A DNA stretch of 64,000 bases from Bacilli bacterium (GTDB taxonomy: Bacteria > Bacillota_I > Bacilli_A > RF39 > UBA660): contig JAFZWF010000009.1 in assembly GCA_017617435.1 (NCBI GenBank), forward strand, positions 12,026-76,025, given 5' to 3'. Position numbers and translations under genes: made by a program. Of this stretch, positions 40,578-49,222 are shown piece by piece; position 1 is the first letter of the stretch; each line of letters begins with the position of its first letter. The notes under the pieces were generated by a model, which ran no database searches, had not been told where the DNA came from, and saw only the letters and a list, made by a program, of their open reading frames with translations.

Positions 40578-40868
40578 ATGGAAAGAAGAAAGAGTAAAAA
40601 AGAAAAAAGACGTATATTTATGATCTCTTTTTTGGTAATTGCTTTATCCGCTTTTTTAGTAAAAAGTGTTTTTTCTGATTGGATTCAAATATTAAATAAC
40701 AATAAACAAATTCATGTATTAAATGAACAAAAAAAGGTATTACTTGAAGAAGAAGCTTCACTAAGAGCTGAATCCACGAAACTGGAAAATCCTGAATATG
40801 TAGCAAGATATGCACGTGAAAAATACTTGTATTCTGCACCTGATGAGATTATTATAAGAGTTAACTAG
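40578..40868 (+). CDS. divIC: septum formation initiator DivIC/FtsB
   Basis: Basic N-terminus, single TM, coiled coil, then EYVARYAREKYLYSAPDEIII typical of DivIC. Start is ATG 40578 after AGGTGG. Confidence 0.7.
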   Translation: MERRKSKKEKRRIFMISFLVIALSAFLVKSVFSDWIQILNNNKQIHVLNEQKKVLLEEEASLRAESTKLENPEYVARYAREKYLYSAPDEIIIRVN

Positions 40869-40877
40869 GTGATAGAT

Positions 40878-41381
40878 ATGAAAGTTAGATTAGCAGCAGA
40901 ACTTCAACCCGATAGTATTGTTGATGGTGATGGAGTAAGAACAGTTGTATGGTTTCAAGGATGTTCTCATAACTGTTTGGGTTGTCATAATCCTCAGTCA
41001 CATGATTTTAATGGTGGATTTGAAATTGATATAGAAGATATTTATAAAGAAATTGATAGTTTAAAATATCAAAACGGTTTAACTTTATCTGGCGGAGATC
41101 CATTTTTTCAGCCTGAAGCTGCATTAGAAATTACAAAATATGCTAAAAGTAAAGGCTATAATGTATGGTCTTATACTGGATTTACATATGAAAACTTGTT
41201 GAAGATTTCTGATGATAATCCAGTTATAAAAGAATTACTTGATAATTTAGATGTATTAATAGATGGAAAATTCGAACAAGATAAAAAAAGTTTTAATTGT
41301 AAATATAGAGGATCTACAAATCAAAGAATTATTGATTTAAATAAAACAAGAGAAAAAGGAGAATTAATATTACTGTATTAA
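40878..41381 (+). CDS. nrdG: anaerobic ribonucleoside-triphosphate reductase activating protein
   Basis: Radical-SAM cluster VWFQGCSHNCLGCHNPQSHDF, GLTLSGGDPF, ~165 aa. No nrdD adjacent. Confidence 0.85.
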   Translation: MKVRLAAELQPDSIVDGDGVRTVVWFQGCSHNCLGCHNPQSHDFNGGFEIDIEDIYKEIDSLKYQNGLTLSGGDPFFQPEAALEITKYAKSKGYNVWSYTGFTYENLLKISDDNPVIKELLDNLDVLIDGKFEQDKKSFNCKYRGSTNQRIIDLNKTREKGELILLY

Positions 41382-41432
41382 TTCTTTTTATTTTCATAAA
41401 CTTTTAGTATAATAATTAAACGGTGATGACTT

Positions 41433-42074
41433 ATGAAAGCAATATATAAATCTGATTCATTAAATCTATCATTATATAAATTGCCAACATCAATTATATT
41501 TAATGATGATAAAATTAAAACAAAATTAGTAGAAGAATTAGCTGATAACGATTTTGAGGTTATTAATAATACTGTTTTAAAACTTAATATTTCTGTTAGA
41601 GAATATTTAAAAGTATATGATTTTAACATGAGTTATGTTCCATATTTTAAACTTGAAAATTACATGTCTAAAAAAATTAGTTTTTTAGATTATGAAACTT
41701 TAATTTATATAAAACTTATTGGGTTTTTAAGTCATAAAGAAAATATTTTTATATTTGATGATATTCTTTCTTTCTTATCTGATGAAAGAAAAGAAAGAAT
41801 TTTGAAATATATAAACGAAAATAACATAATGTATGTTAATATTACTTCTGATATAGAAGAAACTTTATTTTCTCAGTATTTAATTGTTTTAGGAGAAAAA
41901 GGTGTATTAATTGAAGGAGAAGTTAAAAAAGTTTTAATGGAAGAAAAACTTTTGAAGAAATTAGGTTTTAATTTACCATTTGTGCTTGATCTATCTCTTC
42001 AATTAAAAGCATATGAAGTAATTGATCAAGAATACTATGATTTAGATAAGTTGGTGAATGACTTATGGAATTAG
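41433..42074 (+). CDS. degenerate EcfA1-like ABC ATPase homologue (no Walker A, signature or H-loop)
   Basis: ISFLDYETLIYIKLIGFLSHKENIFIFDDILSFLSDERKERI...VNITSDIEE parallels LSGGQ...ILILDEATSMLDP...ITHD. The C-terminus LKKLGFNLPFVLDLSLQLKAYEVID...LVNDLWN resembles the EcfA1 tail. Position is upstream of truA-rplM-rpsI. Confidence 0.55.
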   Translation: MKAIYKSDSLNLSLYKLPTSIIFNDDKIKTKLVEELADNDFEVINNTVLKLNISVREYLKVYDFNMSYVPYFKLENYMSKKISFLDYETLIYIKLIGFLSHKENIFIFDDILSFLSDERKERILKYINENNIMYVNITSDIEETLFSQYLIVLGEKGVLIEGEVKKVLMEEKLLKKLGFNLPFVLDLSLQLKAYEVIDQEYYDLDKLVNDLWN

Positions 42075-42649
42075 AAGGAAAAGTAATTGCCATAATTGGT
42101 GATAATTTAAATTCATCATTTAATCTTAAAAAAGAAGTTTATATTTTAGATAACATAAAAAAACATACTGATAAAAATAAAATTCTTGAAGCTTTAAAAA
42201 TGGTAAATTTAAGTGAAGATTATTTACTTAAAAAATCTAATGATTTATCTAATGGTGAATATAGTAAACTTTGTTTAGCAAAAGATCTTATTAATAAAGA
42301 AAAAGTAATATATTTGGATTATTTTGATAAAGGTTTATGTTATAAAGAACGAGAATATTTTAAGAAGTTAATTAAAAAATTATCGCGTAATTATGGCTTA
42401 ACGTTTATAGTTAAAACTAACGATTTCTCATTCTGCATTAATTTAGTTGATGAATACCACATTTTGAAAAACTTGAAGGTTGTTAAAATTATTACGAGAG
42501 AAAATATTTATAAAGAAAAAGTTTATAAATATTATAATAAGCATCAATTAATTGATTTTGTTTTAAAATCAAGAGAGAAAAATCATTTAATGGATGATTA
42601 CTTTGAAACAAGTGATATTTTAAAAGCTATTTATAGGGAGTTAAGATGA
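42065..42649 (+). CDS. degenerate EcfA2-like ABC ATPase homologue
   Basis: VIAIIGDNLNSSF replaces Walker A. LSNGEYSKLCLAKDLI replaces LSGGQ. VIYLDYFDKGL replaces Walker B. KTND replaces the H-loop. 194 aa. Overlaps both neighbours (translational coupling). Confidence 0.5.
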   Translation: MELEGKVIAIIGDNLNSSFNLKKEVYILDNIKKHTDKNKILEALKMVNLSEDYLLKKSNDLSNGEYSKLCLAKDLINKEKVIYLDYFDKGLCYKEREYFKKLIKKLSRNYGLTFIVKTNDFSFCINLVDEYHILKNLKVVKIITRENIYKEKVYKYYNKHQLIDFVLKSREKNHLMDDYFETSDILKAIYRELR

Positions 42650-43362
42650 GATATTTTCTTCGTATAAAATATGATGGTAGCAAATTTTATGGTTTTCAAA
42701 GACAAAATAATTTATTAACAGTTCAAAATCTGATCGAGGATAAATTAAAAGAAATATTTAATGAAGATATTAAAATCAAGGGAGCAGGAAGAACTGATAG
42801 AGGCGTTCATGCGTTAGGTCAATGTTTACATTTTGATTCTGATATTGTTATTAAATGTTCATATTTGAAAAGAAAGTTAAATAGATTATTACAAAATAAT
42901 ATTATTGTAAAAAATTGCAGTATAGTTAATAGCGATTTTCATTCAAGATTTTCAGTTAAAAGAAAACATTATAAATATAAAATATCATTTAAAAAGAGTG
43001 ATTATAATAGCAATTATTATTTATATTCAAAAAAATTAGATATTAAAAAAATGAAGGAAGTTTCAAAAATTTTTTTAGGAGTTCATAATTTTCAAAATTT
43101 TGTTAGTGGTGAGAGAGATAATTATGATTGCATAATATATAAAATAAAGTTTGAATATTTATTTAATAAATTAACAATACATTTTTATGGAAAAAGTTTT
43201 TATAGATACATGGTAAGAAATATGGTTGGAGCACTTATTGATGTTGGTAAAGGAAAAGCAACAAAGGAAGATATTATTAATCTTTTAAATATGCCAAAGA
43301 CTGATAAAATGTTATCAACAGCTCCTGCAAAGGGCTTAACATTAGTAAAAATTTATTATTAA
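42646..43362 (+). CDS. truA: tRNA pseudouridine38-40 synthase
   Basis: YDGSKFYGFQRQ and catalytic GAGRTDRGVHALGQ. Confidence 0.9.
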   Translation: MRYFLRIKYDGSKFYGFQRQNNLLTVQNLIEDKLKEIFNEDIKIKGAGRTDRGVHALGQCLHFDSDIVIKCSYLKRKLNRLLQNNIIVKNCSIVNSDFHSRFSVKRKHYKYKISFKKSDYNSNYYLYSKKLDIKKMKEVSKIFLGVHNFQNFVSGERDNYDCIIYKIKFEYLFNKLTIHFYGKSFYRYMVRNMVGALIDVGKGKATKEDIINLLNMPKTDKMLSTAPAKGLTLVKIYY

Positions 43363-43366
43363 ATGT

Positions 43367-43396
43367 AAAAAATAACGAAATATCGTTATTTTTTTC
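43367..43396 (+). terminator. rho-independent terminator after truA
   Basis: AAAAATAACGA-loop-TCGTTATTTTT followed by T-run. Confidence 0.6.
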
Positions 43397-43406
43397 TATA
43401 TTTTAA

Positions 43407-43435
43407 TTGACTTTTATACTGTAATTTCATATAAT
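43407..43435 (+). promoter_or_regulatory. sigma-A promoter of rplM-rpsI (followed by a ~70-nt leader, possibly an L13-type leader)
   Basis: TTGACT, exactly 17 bp spacer, TATAAT. The leader at 43443-43514 was not analysed structurally. Confidence 0.6.
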
Positions 43436-43514
43436 TTATAGCGGTACATTTTATTTGCTCTATTCGTTAAACCGTGGGAAAGTTGAAGCGTTGAAAGCAA
43501 TGAAAGGATTTAAA

Positions 43515-43946
43515 ATGAGTACATTTATGCAAAAAAAAGAAACAGTAGATCGTAAGTGGTATGTTGTTGACGCAGAAGGAAAAACTTTAGGACGTTTAGC
43601 TACTAAAGTTGCTACAGTTCTTAGAGGAAAACATAAACCTACATATACTCCATACGTTGATTGCGGAGATTATGTAATCGTTATTAATGCAGATAAAGTT
43701 GTTTTAACTGGAAATAAGTTAAATGACAAAATGTATTATAACCATAGTGGATTCCCAGGAGGACTTAGAGAACGTAATGCTAAGACCATGATTGAAAAAT
43801 ATCCAGAAGAAATGGTTGAAAGAGCTATTAAAGGAATGCTTCCTCATAATTCTTTAGGTAGAGCTATGGGTAAAAAGTTATTCGTTTATGCTGGTGCTGA
43901 TCACAAGCATGAGGCTCAAAAACCAGAAGTAATGGAAATTAATTAG
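43515..43946 (+). CDS. rplM: 50S ribosomal protein L13
   Basis: Start is ATG 43515 ([29 protein letters not shown]), canonical L13. Confidence 0.97.
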   Translation: MSTFMQKKETVDRKWYVVDAEGKTLGRLATKVATVLRGKHKPTYTPYVDCGDYVIVINADKVVLTGNKLNDKMYYNHSGFPGGLRERNAKTMIEKYPEEMVERAIKGMLPHNSLGRAMGKKLFVYAGADHKHEAQKPEVMEIN

Positions 43947-43956
43947 GAGGTTAACA

Positions 43957-44376
43957 ATGGCTAATAAACAAGTTTGGACTGCTACAGGTCGTCGTAAAAG
44001 ATCAATCGCTCAAGTAAGAATGGTTGGTGGAACTGGTAAAATCACTGTTAACGGACAAGATGTTAATGACTATATGCCTTATGAAACATTAGTAATGGAT
44101 TTAAAACAACCATTAGTTGTTACTAACAATGAAAATAGATTCGATATTGATGTTACAGTTAAAGGTGGAGGATTCTCTGGTCAAACTGGAGCAATTCGTT
44201 TAGGTATTACTAGAGCTTTACTTTCATTTGATTCAAACACTGATCAAACAAGTGATACAGCTTATAGAAAAATATTAAAAGTTAATGGTCTTGTAACTCG
44301 TGATCCAAGAGTTAAAGAACGTAAAAAATATGGTCTTAAAAAAGCACGTCGTGCTCCACAATTCTCAAAACGTTAA
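43957..44376 (+). CDS. rpsI: 30S ribosomal protein S9
   Basis: GTGRRK..., [20 protein letters not shown]-terminal [12 protein letters not shown]. Confidence 0.97.
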   Translation: MANKQVWTATGRRKRSIAQVRMVGGTGKITVNGQDVNDYMPYETLVMDLKQPLVVTNNENRFDIDVTVKGGGFSGQTGAIRLGITRALLSFDSNTDQTSDTAYRKILKVNGLVTRDPRVKERKKYGLKKARRAPQFSKR

Positions 44377-44403
44377 TACATACTTATATCAAAAATTGTT
44401 TCG

Positions 44404-44427
44404 AAAACCCGTTTTACGGGTTTTTTT
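44404..44427 (+). terminator. rho-independent terminator after rpsI
   Basis: AAAACCCGT-TTT-ACGGGTTTT followed by T-run. Confidence 0.75.
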
Positions 44428-44460
44428 ATGTTATAATTTTTTTACGCGGAGGTGCTTTTT

Positions 44461-44982
44461 ATGAAAGAAGATAAAATTATGTCTTTGATGGATGAAATTA
44501 ATTATGGATGGGTTGATAAGAAAGGATCTAAACATGTTGATGATTTTGATACTTTTTCTACCGATTATGTTCTTCAGTCTCCGCAAGAACTTATTAAAAG
44601 TAAACTTGGTGTTTGCTGGGATCAAGTGGAACTTGAAAGATATTATTTTCAAGAAAGCTTTGAAGAGGTAAAAACTTACTTTATTGTTCATTATGATAAC
44701 GCTAAATCTCCAACACATACTTTCTTGGTATTTAAAAAAGATAATTATTATTATTGGTTTGAACATTCATGGGAAATGTTTAGAGGTATCTATAAGTTTC
44801 ATTCCTTGAGGGAATTACTATCTAATGTAAGAGAAAAGTTTATAAAAACCACTTTATATGATAAATATATTAAAGAAAATCTTGTTATATATGAGTATAA
44901 TAAACCAAAATTTAATATATCAGTTCAAGAATTCTTTGATCACTGTGATAATGGTAAATATGTCGATATAGAAAATATGTAA
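44461..44982 (+). CDS. hypothetical protein, possible transglutaminase/papain-like Cys-His-Asp fold
   Basis: RBS GGAGGTG then ATG 44461. GVCWDQVELERYYF (Cys), THTFLVF (His) and WFEHSW suggest a cysteine-peptidase-like core. This is motif-level guesswork only. Confidence 0.3.
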   Translation: MKEDKIMSLMDEINYGWVDKKGSKHVDDFDTFSTDYVLQSPQELIKSKLGVCWDQVELERYYFQESFEEVKTYFIVHYDNAKSPTHTFLVFKKDNYYYWFEHSWEMFRGIYKFHSLRELLSNVREKFIKTTLYDKYIKENLVIYEYNKPKFNISVQEFFDHCDNGKYVDIENM

Positions 44983-45069
44983 AAGTATATTAATTTTTAA
45001 TATACTTTTATATTATCATGATTACAAAGTATGTAATATTTGTTATAATTTAAATGTGAGGATGATTGT

Positions 45070-45531
45070 ATGAAAAAATTTTTAATATATATGTTAATTG
45101 TAATAATTGGAGCTGCAGGAGTTTATTATTTTTTGTGTGGTTTTGGTAATAAAAAAGAAGAACCTAAGAAAGTAAACAACGAGGAAACAAAAGAAGAGGA
45201 AAAGAAAGAGATAATTCCTAGTAAGGATGATTTTGTTACTGAAGCTATTAAATTACAGACACTTGCAGAAGATGAAAATGGTGCTGATGTTTGTAAATGT
45301 TATAACGTAAAAGAACTTGATAGAAATACACCGCTAACTGGAAGTATCTTAGTTTATACAAGTGGTGATATATATGTATCTAGTATGTGGTTAAGCAATG
45401 GATATTATTATATTGAAAATTCTGAAGTAGTCACTGCTGGAATGCTTGATGAATCAAGTGAACAAGCGTCAATTTATTGTGGAGAGGCTTCTAAAGATAT
45501 TCAATCTAGTTTGTGTGATGTTAGTTATTAA
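45070..45531 (+). CDS. hypothetical membrane-anchored/secreted protein
   Basis: N-terminal TM helix, charged linker, Cys-containing C-terminal domain. RBS GAGGA. No family recognised. Confidence 0.5.
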   Translation: MKKFLIYMLIVIIGAAGVYYFLCGFGNKKEEPKKVNNEETKEEEKKEIIPSKDDFVTEAIKLQTLAEDENGADVCKCYNVKELDRNTPLTGSILVYTSGDIYVSSMWLSNGYYYIENSEVVTAGMLDESSEQASIYCGEASKDIQSSLCDVSY

Positions 45532-46013
45532 TGGAGAAAACTATGAAAAAAGTAATGTTTGTTTCAAGTAAAGGTGGGCACTTTAACGAACTTATGCAAT
45601 TTGAACCTTTGTTCAAAGATTATGACGTAACAATTGTTACCGAAGCACCTAAAAACAAAAAAAAATTTAAAGAAAAATATAAAAAATATAAAATGCATTT
45701 TTTACTTAGATGCTCAAATTATAAAATAATAAATGTATTAAAGGTTTTTATAGATTGTTTTATAAGTTTATATTATTTTATTAGATTTAGACCTAAATAT
45801 ATAGTTACAACCGGTGCTTTTGCTGCAGGTCCAATATCATGTATTGGAAAAATTTTTCGATGCAAAATAATTTATATTGAAACAATGGCAAATATAAATA
45901 CACCTACTAAAACAGGAAAGAAATTATATAAGATTGCTGATTTGTTTATAGTTCAGTGGGAAAGCATGTTAGAAGTGTATCCTAACGCTGTTTATGGAGG
46001 GTGGATAATATGA
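45531..46013 (+). CDS. Alg14-like glycosyltransferase membrane subunit (Cps14F/PssD type)
   Basis: VMFVSSKGGHFNELMQFEPLFKDYDVTIVTE resembles Cps14F-type proteins. ATGA overlap with the Alg13-like partner. Confidence 0.65.
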   Translation: MEKTMKKVMFVSSKGGHFNELMQFEPLFKDYDVTIVTEAPKNKKKFKEKYKKYKMHFLLRCSNYKIINVLKVFIDCFISLYYFIRFRPKYIVTTGAFAAGPISCIGKIFRCKIIYIETMANINTPTKTGKKLYKIADLFIVQWESMLEVYPNAVYGGWII

Positions 46014-46486
46014 TACTTGTTATATTAGGTACCCAAGATAAACAGTTTTATAGACTTTTAAAAATTGTTGAAAACGCAAAGAAAAAAGGTATTGTAAAAG
46101 ATAATATAATAGCTCAAGTTGGATCTACTGAATTTAGTAGTGACATTATGGAAATACATGAGTATATACCTGAAGATAACATGAAAAAACTTATTGAAAA
46201 GGCAGATTTAGTTGTTTGTCACGGAGGTGTTGGTGCAATTACTGATGCTTTAAAAATGAACAAAAAAGTTTTTTCAATGGCTAGATTAAAAATGTATAAT
46301 GAGCATAGAAACGATCATCAAGTTCAACTAGTTGATAAGTTTAATGAACTAGGATACATAAAAAAAATTAGTGACTATGACGATTTTGTAAGAGAATATA
46401 AAGTTTTAAATAAATTTAAACCTAGAAAGCCAAAATTTGATAATACAAGAATTTTAGAGTTAGTGTCTAATTTTATTGGTAAGTAA
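46010..46486 (+). CDS. Alg13-like glycosyltransferase catalytic subunit (Glyco_tran_28_C, Cps14G/PssE type)
   Basis: MILVILGTQDKQFYRL, VCHGGVGAITDAL and NEHRNDHQVQLVDKF match the family pattern. Confidence 0.65.
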   Translation: MILVILGTQDKQFYRLLKIVENAKKKGIVKDNIIAQVGSTEFSSDIMEIHEYIPEDNMKKLIEKADLVVCHGGVGAITDALKMNKKVFSMARLKMYNEHRNDHQVQLVDKFNELGYIKKISDYDDFVREYKVLNKFKPRKPKFDNTRILELVSNFIGK

Positions 46487-46508
46487 TAATATTTTATGAG
46501 GTGATTTG

Positions 46509-47549
46509 ATGAAATCAAGAATATTAGTTGGAATTAATAATTTAACTGCAAATAGTATTGGGATAAGTCTTGTTAATTTTTTAAATACTATTGATTATTC
46601 TAAATATGATGTTGATTTAATATTCGTTAATTCACAAACTAACTTACTTAATCAAATTACAAGAAAAGTAAATATCATTCATTCTCCATTTTCTTCAAAG
46701 AAACATGGATTTTTTGATAAAGTAAAAATGTTTCATAGATATTCTTTGAGCATTATGTATGATTTAGGTAATAAAGAGTTAATAGATATTATCAAATTAT
46801 CTTCAAGAAATAATGCAGTATATTTACATCATGATTATAAAAATATATATGTTATATCTGCAAAATATAATGAATTTGTTTTAAATAACAAGATTTTAGA
46901 TTTTAAATATATTTTGTTTCCAACAAAACAATTATTAGAATCTTTTTCTAATATTTATGCTGATGCTGAAGATAAATCTTTTGTGCTTCCTTATGCAATT
47001 AATGAAAAAAGAATTATTGAGTTAAGTAAAGCACATGCAGAGCTAGGTAAACCTGATTATAAAAAATTGATTATATCAGCCGGAACATTAAATGATAGAT
47101 CAAAAAACTATACACTTATGATTAATATGATGCATAAGTTAATTAAATTAAATAATCATGTTAATTTGTGGATATTAGGTGATGGACCAGACCAAGTACA
47201 TTTAAAGATGCTTGTAAAGAATTTAAAACTTGAAGAATACGTAAAATTTTTAGGTTTTAAGTCTAATCCATATCCATATATGGCTATGGCTGATTATATA
47301 ATTAATACGTCGGATTTTTCAGATTTTTCCACTACCATGATTGAAGCTAAAGTGTTAGAAAAACCAATAATTACTACTTCCATTGATATGGAAGGAGATA
47401 ATGCTTATGTTGTATCTTCAAATCTTGATAAAATTGCAAGTGAAATAAATGATATATTAATAAAAAATGTCAAATATAATAATAACAATAATTTTTGGGC
47501 AGAAAATCAAAAAGTTATAAAAACAGTTGAAAAATTAATTAATAAATAA
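46509..47549 (+). CDS. glycosyltransferase (GT-B fold, GT4-like)
   Basis: C-terminal half LWILGDGPD...YMAMADYIINTSDFSDFSTTMIEAKVLEKPIITT resembles the GT4 EX7E region. Start is ATG 46509. Confidence 0.6.
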   Translation: MKSRILVGINNLTANSIGISLVNFLNTIDYSKYDVDLIFVNSQTNLLNQITRKVNIIHSPFSSKKHGFFDKVKMFHRYSLSIMYDLGNKELIDIIKLSSRNNAVYLHHDYKNIYVISAKYNEFVLNNKILDFKYILFPTKQLLESFSNIYADAEDKSFVLPYAINEKRIIELSKAHAELGKPDYKKLIISAGTLNDRSKNYTLMINMMHKLIKLNNHVNLWILGDGPDQVHLKMLVKNLKLEEYVKFLGFKSNPYPYMAMADYIINTSDFSDFSTTMIEAKVLEKPIITTSIDMEGDNAYVVSSNLDKIASEINDILIKNVKYNNNNNFWAENQKVIKTVEKLINK

Positions 47550-47561
47550 GGAGAATACATT

Positions 47562-48692
47562 ATGAAGAAGGTTCAAATAATTGCTCTCCATTTAAGTTAT
47601 GGGGGAATAGAAAAAGCTATTTCTGATTTAGCAAATAATCTTTCGGATGATTATGAAGTTGAAATTGTATCCACATATAAAATCAATGAAAATCCTGCTT
47701 ATAATTTAAATAAAAATATAAATGTAAGATATTTAATTGAAGATATGGTTCCTAATAGAGAATCTTTTTATAAAGCGCTAAAAAAATTTAATATAATTAA
47801 ACTTTTTAAAGAAATGTTTTATTCAATTAAATTACTACATTTAAAAAAATCATGTATGATTAAACACTTAAAAAAAACTAGTGCAGACTATATAATATCA
47901 ACAAGAGAATTTCATAATAAGTTATTAGGTAAATATGGAAACAATAATTCTATTAAAATAGGGTGGGAACATAGTCATCATCATGGAAATAGAAGTTACT
48001 TTAAAAAAGTTGTAAATTCTGTTAAAAAACTTAATTATTTTGTTTTAGTTTCAGAAGAACTATTTAGTGACTATCATGATGAATTAGTAGATACAAATTG
48101 TAAGTGTATATATATACCTAATATGATTGATGTAAAAAAACCTATTAAGTCTAAGTTATCTAATAATAACTTAATTTGTGTTTCTCGCTTTTCAAAAGAA
48201 AAAGGTATTAGTGACTTAATAGATGTAATTAATTTAGTAAAGAATGATTATAATGATGTCAAACTAAATTTAATCGGTAGTGGACCTTTGTATGAACCAA
48301 TCAAAAATTATATTGCATCCAATAAGCTAGATTCAATTATTACGTTACACGGATTTAAAGATAGTGATTATATACATAACGAATTATCTAATTCTTCATT
48401 ATATGTTATGACATCTTTTACAGAATCTTTTGGGATATCGCTTCTTGAGGCATTTTCTCACGGAGTACCTGCTATTGCATTTGATTCTGCTGAAGGTGCT
48501 AGAAAATTAATCACTAATAAAAAGAATGGTGTTTTAATAAAAAATAGAGACAAAAATTTAATGGCAAAATCTATAATTGATTTATTAAATAATCGTAAAC
48601 TTTTAAGTGAATACGGTAAAAATTCACTAAACGTATATAATAAATATACGCCTGATAAAGTAATTAGTTTGTGGAAAAAAATATTGAAATAA
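47562..48692 (+). CDS. glycosyltransferase family 4
   Basis: VSRFSKEKGI, LIGSGPL and TESFGISLLEAFSHGVPAIAFDS (EX7E motif). Confidence 0.8.
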   Translation: MKKVQIIALHLSYGGIEKAISDLANNLSDDYEVEIVSTYKINENPAYNLNKNINVRYLIEDMVPNRESFYKALKKFNIIKLFKEMFYSIKLLHLKKSCMIKHLKKTSADYIISTREFHNKLLGKYGNNNSIKIGWEHSHHHGNRSYFKKVVNSVKKLNYFVLVSEELFSDYHDELVDTNCKCIYIPNMIDVKKPIKSKLSNNNLICVSRFSKEKGISDLIDVINLVKNDYNDVKLNLIGSGPLYEPIKNYIASNKLDSIITLHGFKDSDYIHNELSNSSLYVMTSFTESFGISLLEAFSHGVPAIAFDSAEGARKLITNKKNGVLIKNRDKNLMAKSIIDLLNNRKLLSEYGKNSLNVYNKYTPDKVISLWKKILK

Positions 48693-48731
48693 TATAAATA
48701 TATGTTAGAATACTAAGCACGGAGGTTAACT

Positions 48732-49199
48732 ATGAATAATTCTGTAGTATGGTGTGAAGGAACTTTTTTCTATAATAATCGAGAAGTTATGTTAGTTGAA
48801 GTTCTTGAATCATATCAAGTAAAAGATAAAAAAACAATTGTTAATTTTAAAAAAGGGGAAAGAGTAGTTACATATTATCCAAACAAAAATGGAATAATTG
48901 AAAATATAGCAACAGGAGAAAAATATGTTTATGGAACTGTAATATTTAATGGTACTGACAGATTTATTTCTCCATTTAGAGGATCATTTCTTAAAAGCGA
49001 ATATAATGTAGCTGTTGAATCTCCAATGCTTACAGATGAAGATAAATTTGAATTTAATAGAATGCTTGCTGAAAACAATATAACAAGTGAAGAGCAACAA
49101 AGAAGATTATTTGATTCACTACTTAGAAATAAAGGAAGCATTATATTAAATAATTGGATTGAAAAAAACTGTAATAATATTCAAAGAAAAAACAAGTAA
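48732..49199 (+). CDS. hypothetical protein
   Basis: 155-aa ORF with RBS GGAGG. No terminator between it and the GT4 gene. No family recognised. Confidence 0.5.
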   Translation: MNNSVVWCEGTFFYNNREVMLVEVLESYQVKDKKTIVNFKKGERVVTYYPNKNGIIENIATGEKYVYGTVIFNGTDRFISPFRGSFLKSEYNVAVESPMLTDEDKFEFNRMLAENNITSEEQQRRLFDSLLRNKGSIILNNWIEKNCNNIQRKNK

Positions 49200-49222
49200 T
49201 TTAAATATTACTTGTTTTTTTT
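49190..49222. terminator. bidirectional terminator
   Basis: AACAAGTAAT-TTAAAT-ATTACTTGTT flanked by A-run and T-run, between convergent genes. Confidence 0.6.

Noticed and set aside
40808-40825. CACGTG core (ATATGCACGTGAAAAATA) inside divIC as a possible third parS
   Set aside because: Only the right half resembles parS. The left arm has several mismatches and the site is not palindromic.
41378-41629. 83-aa minus-strand ORF over the nrdG end and the EcfA1-like start
   Set aside because: It is antisense to two co-oriented genes. It has no RBS and a low-complexity translation.
44431-44766. 111-aa minus-strand ORF
   Set aside because: It overlaps the rpsI terminator and the plus-strand gene that has a GGAGGTG RBS. 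No support.
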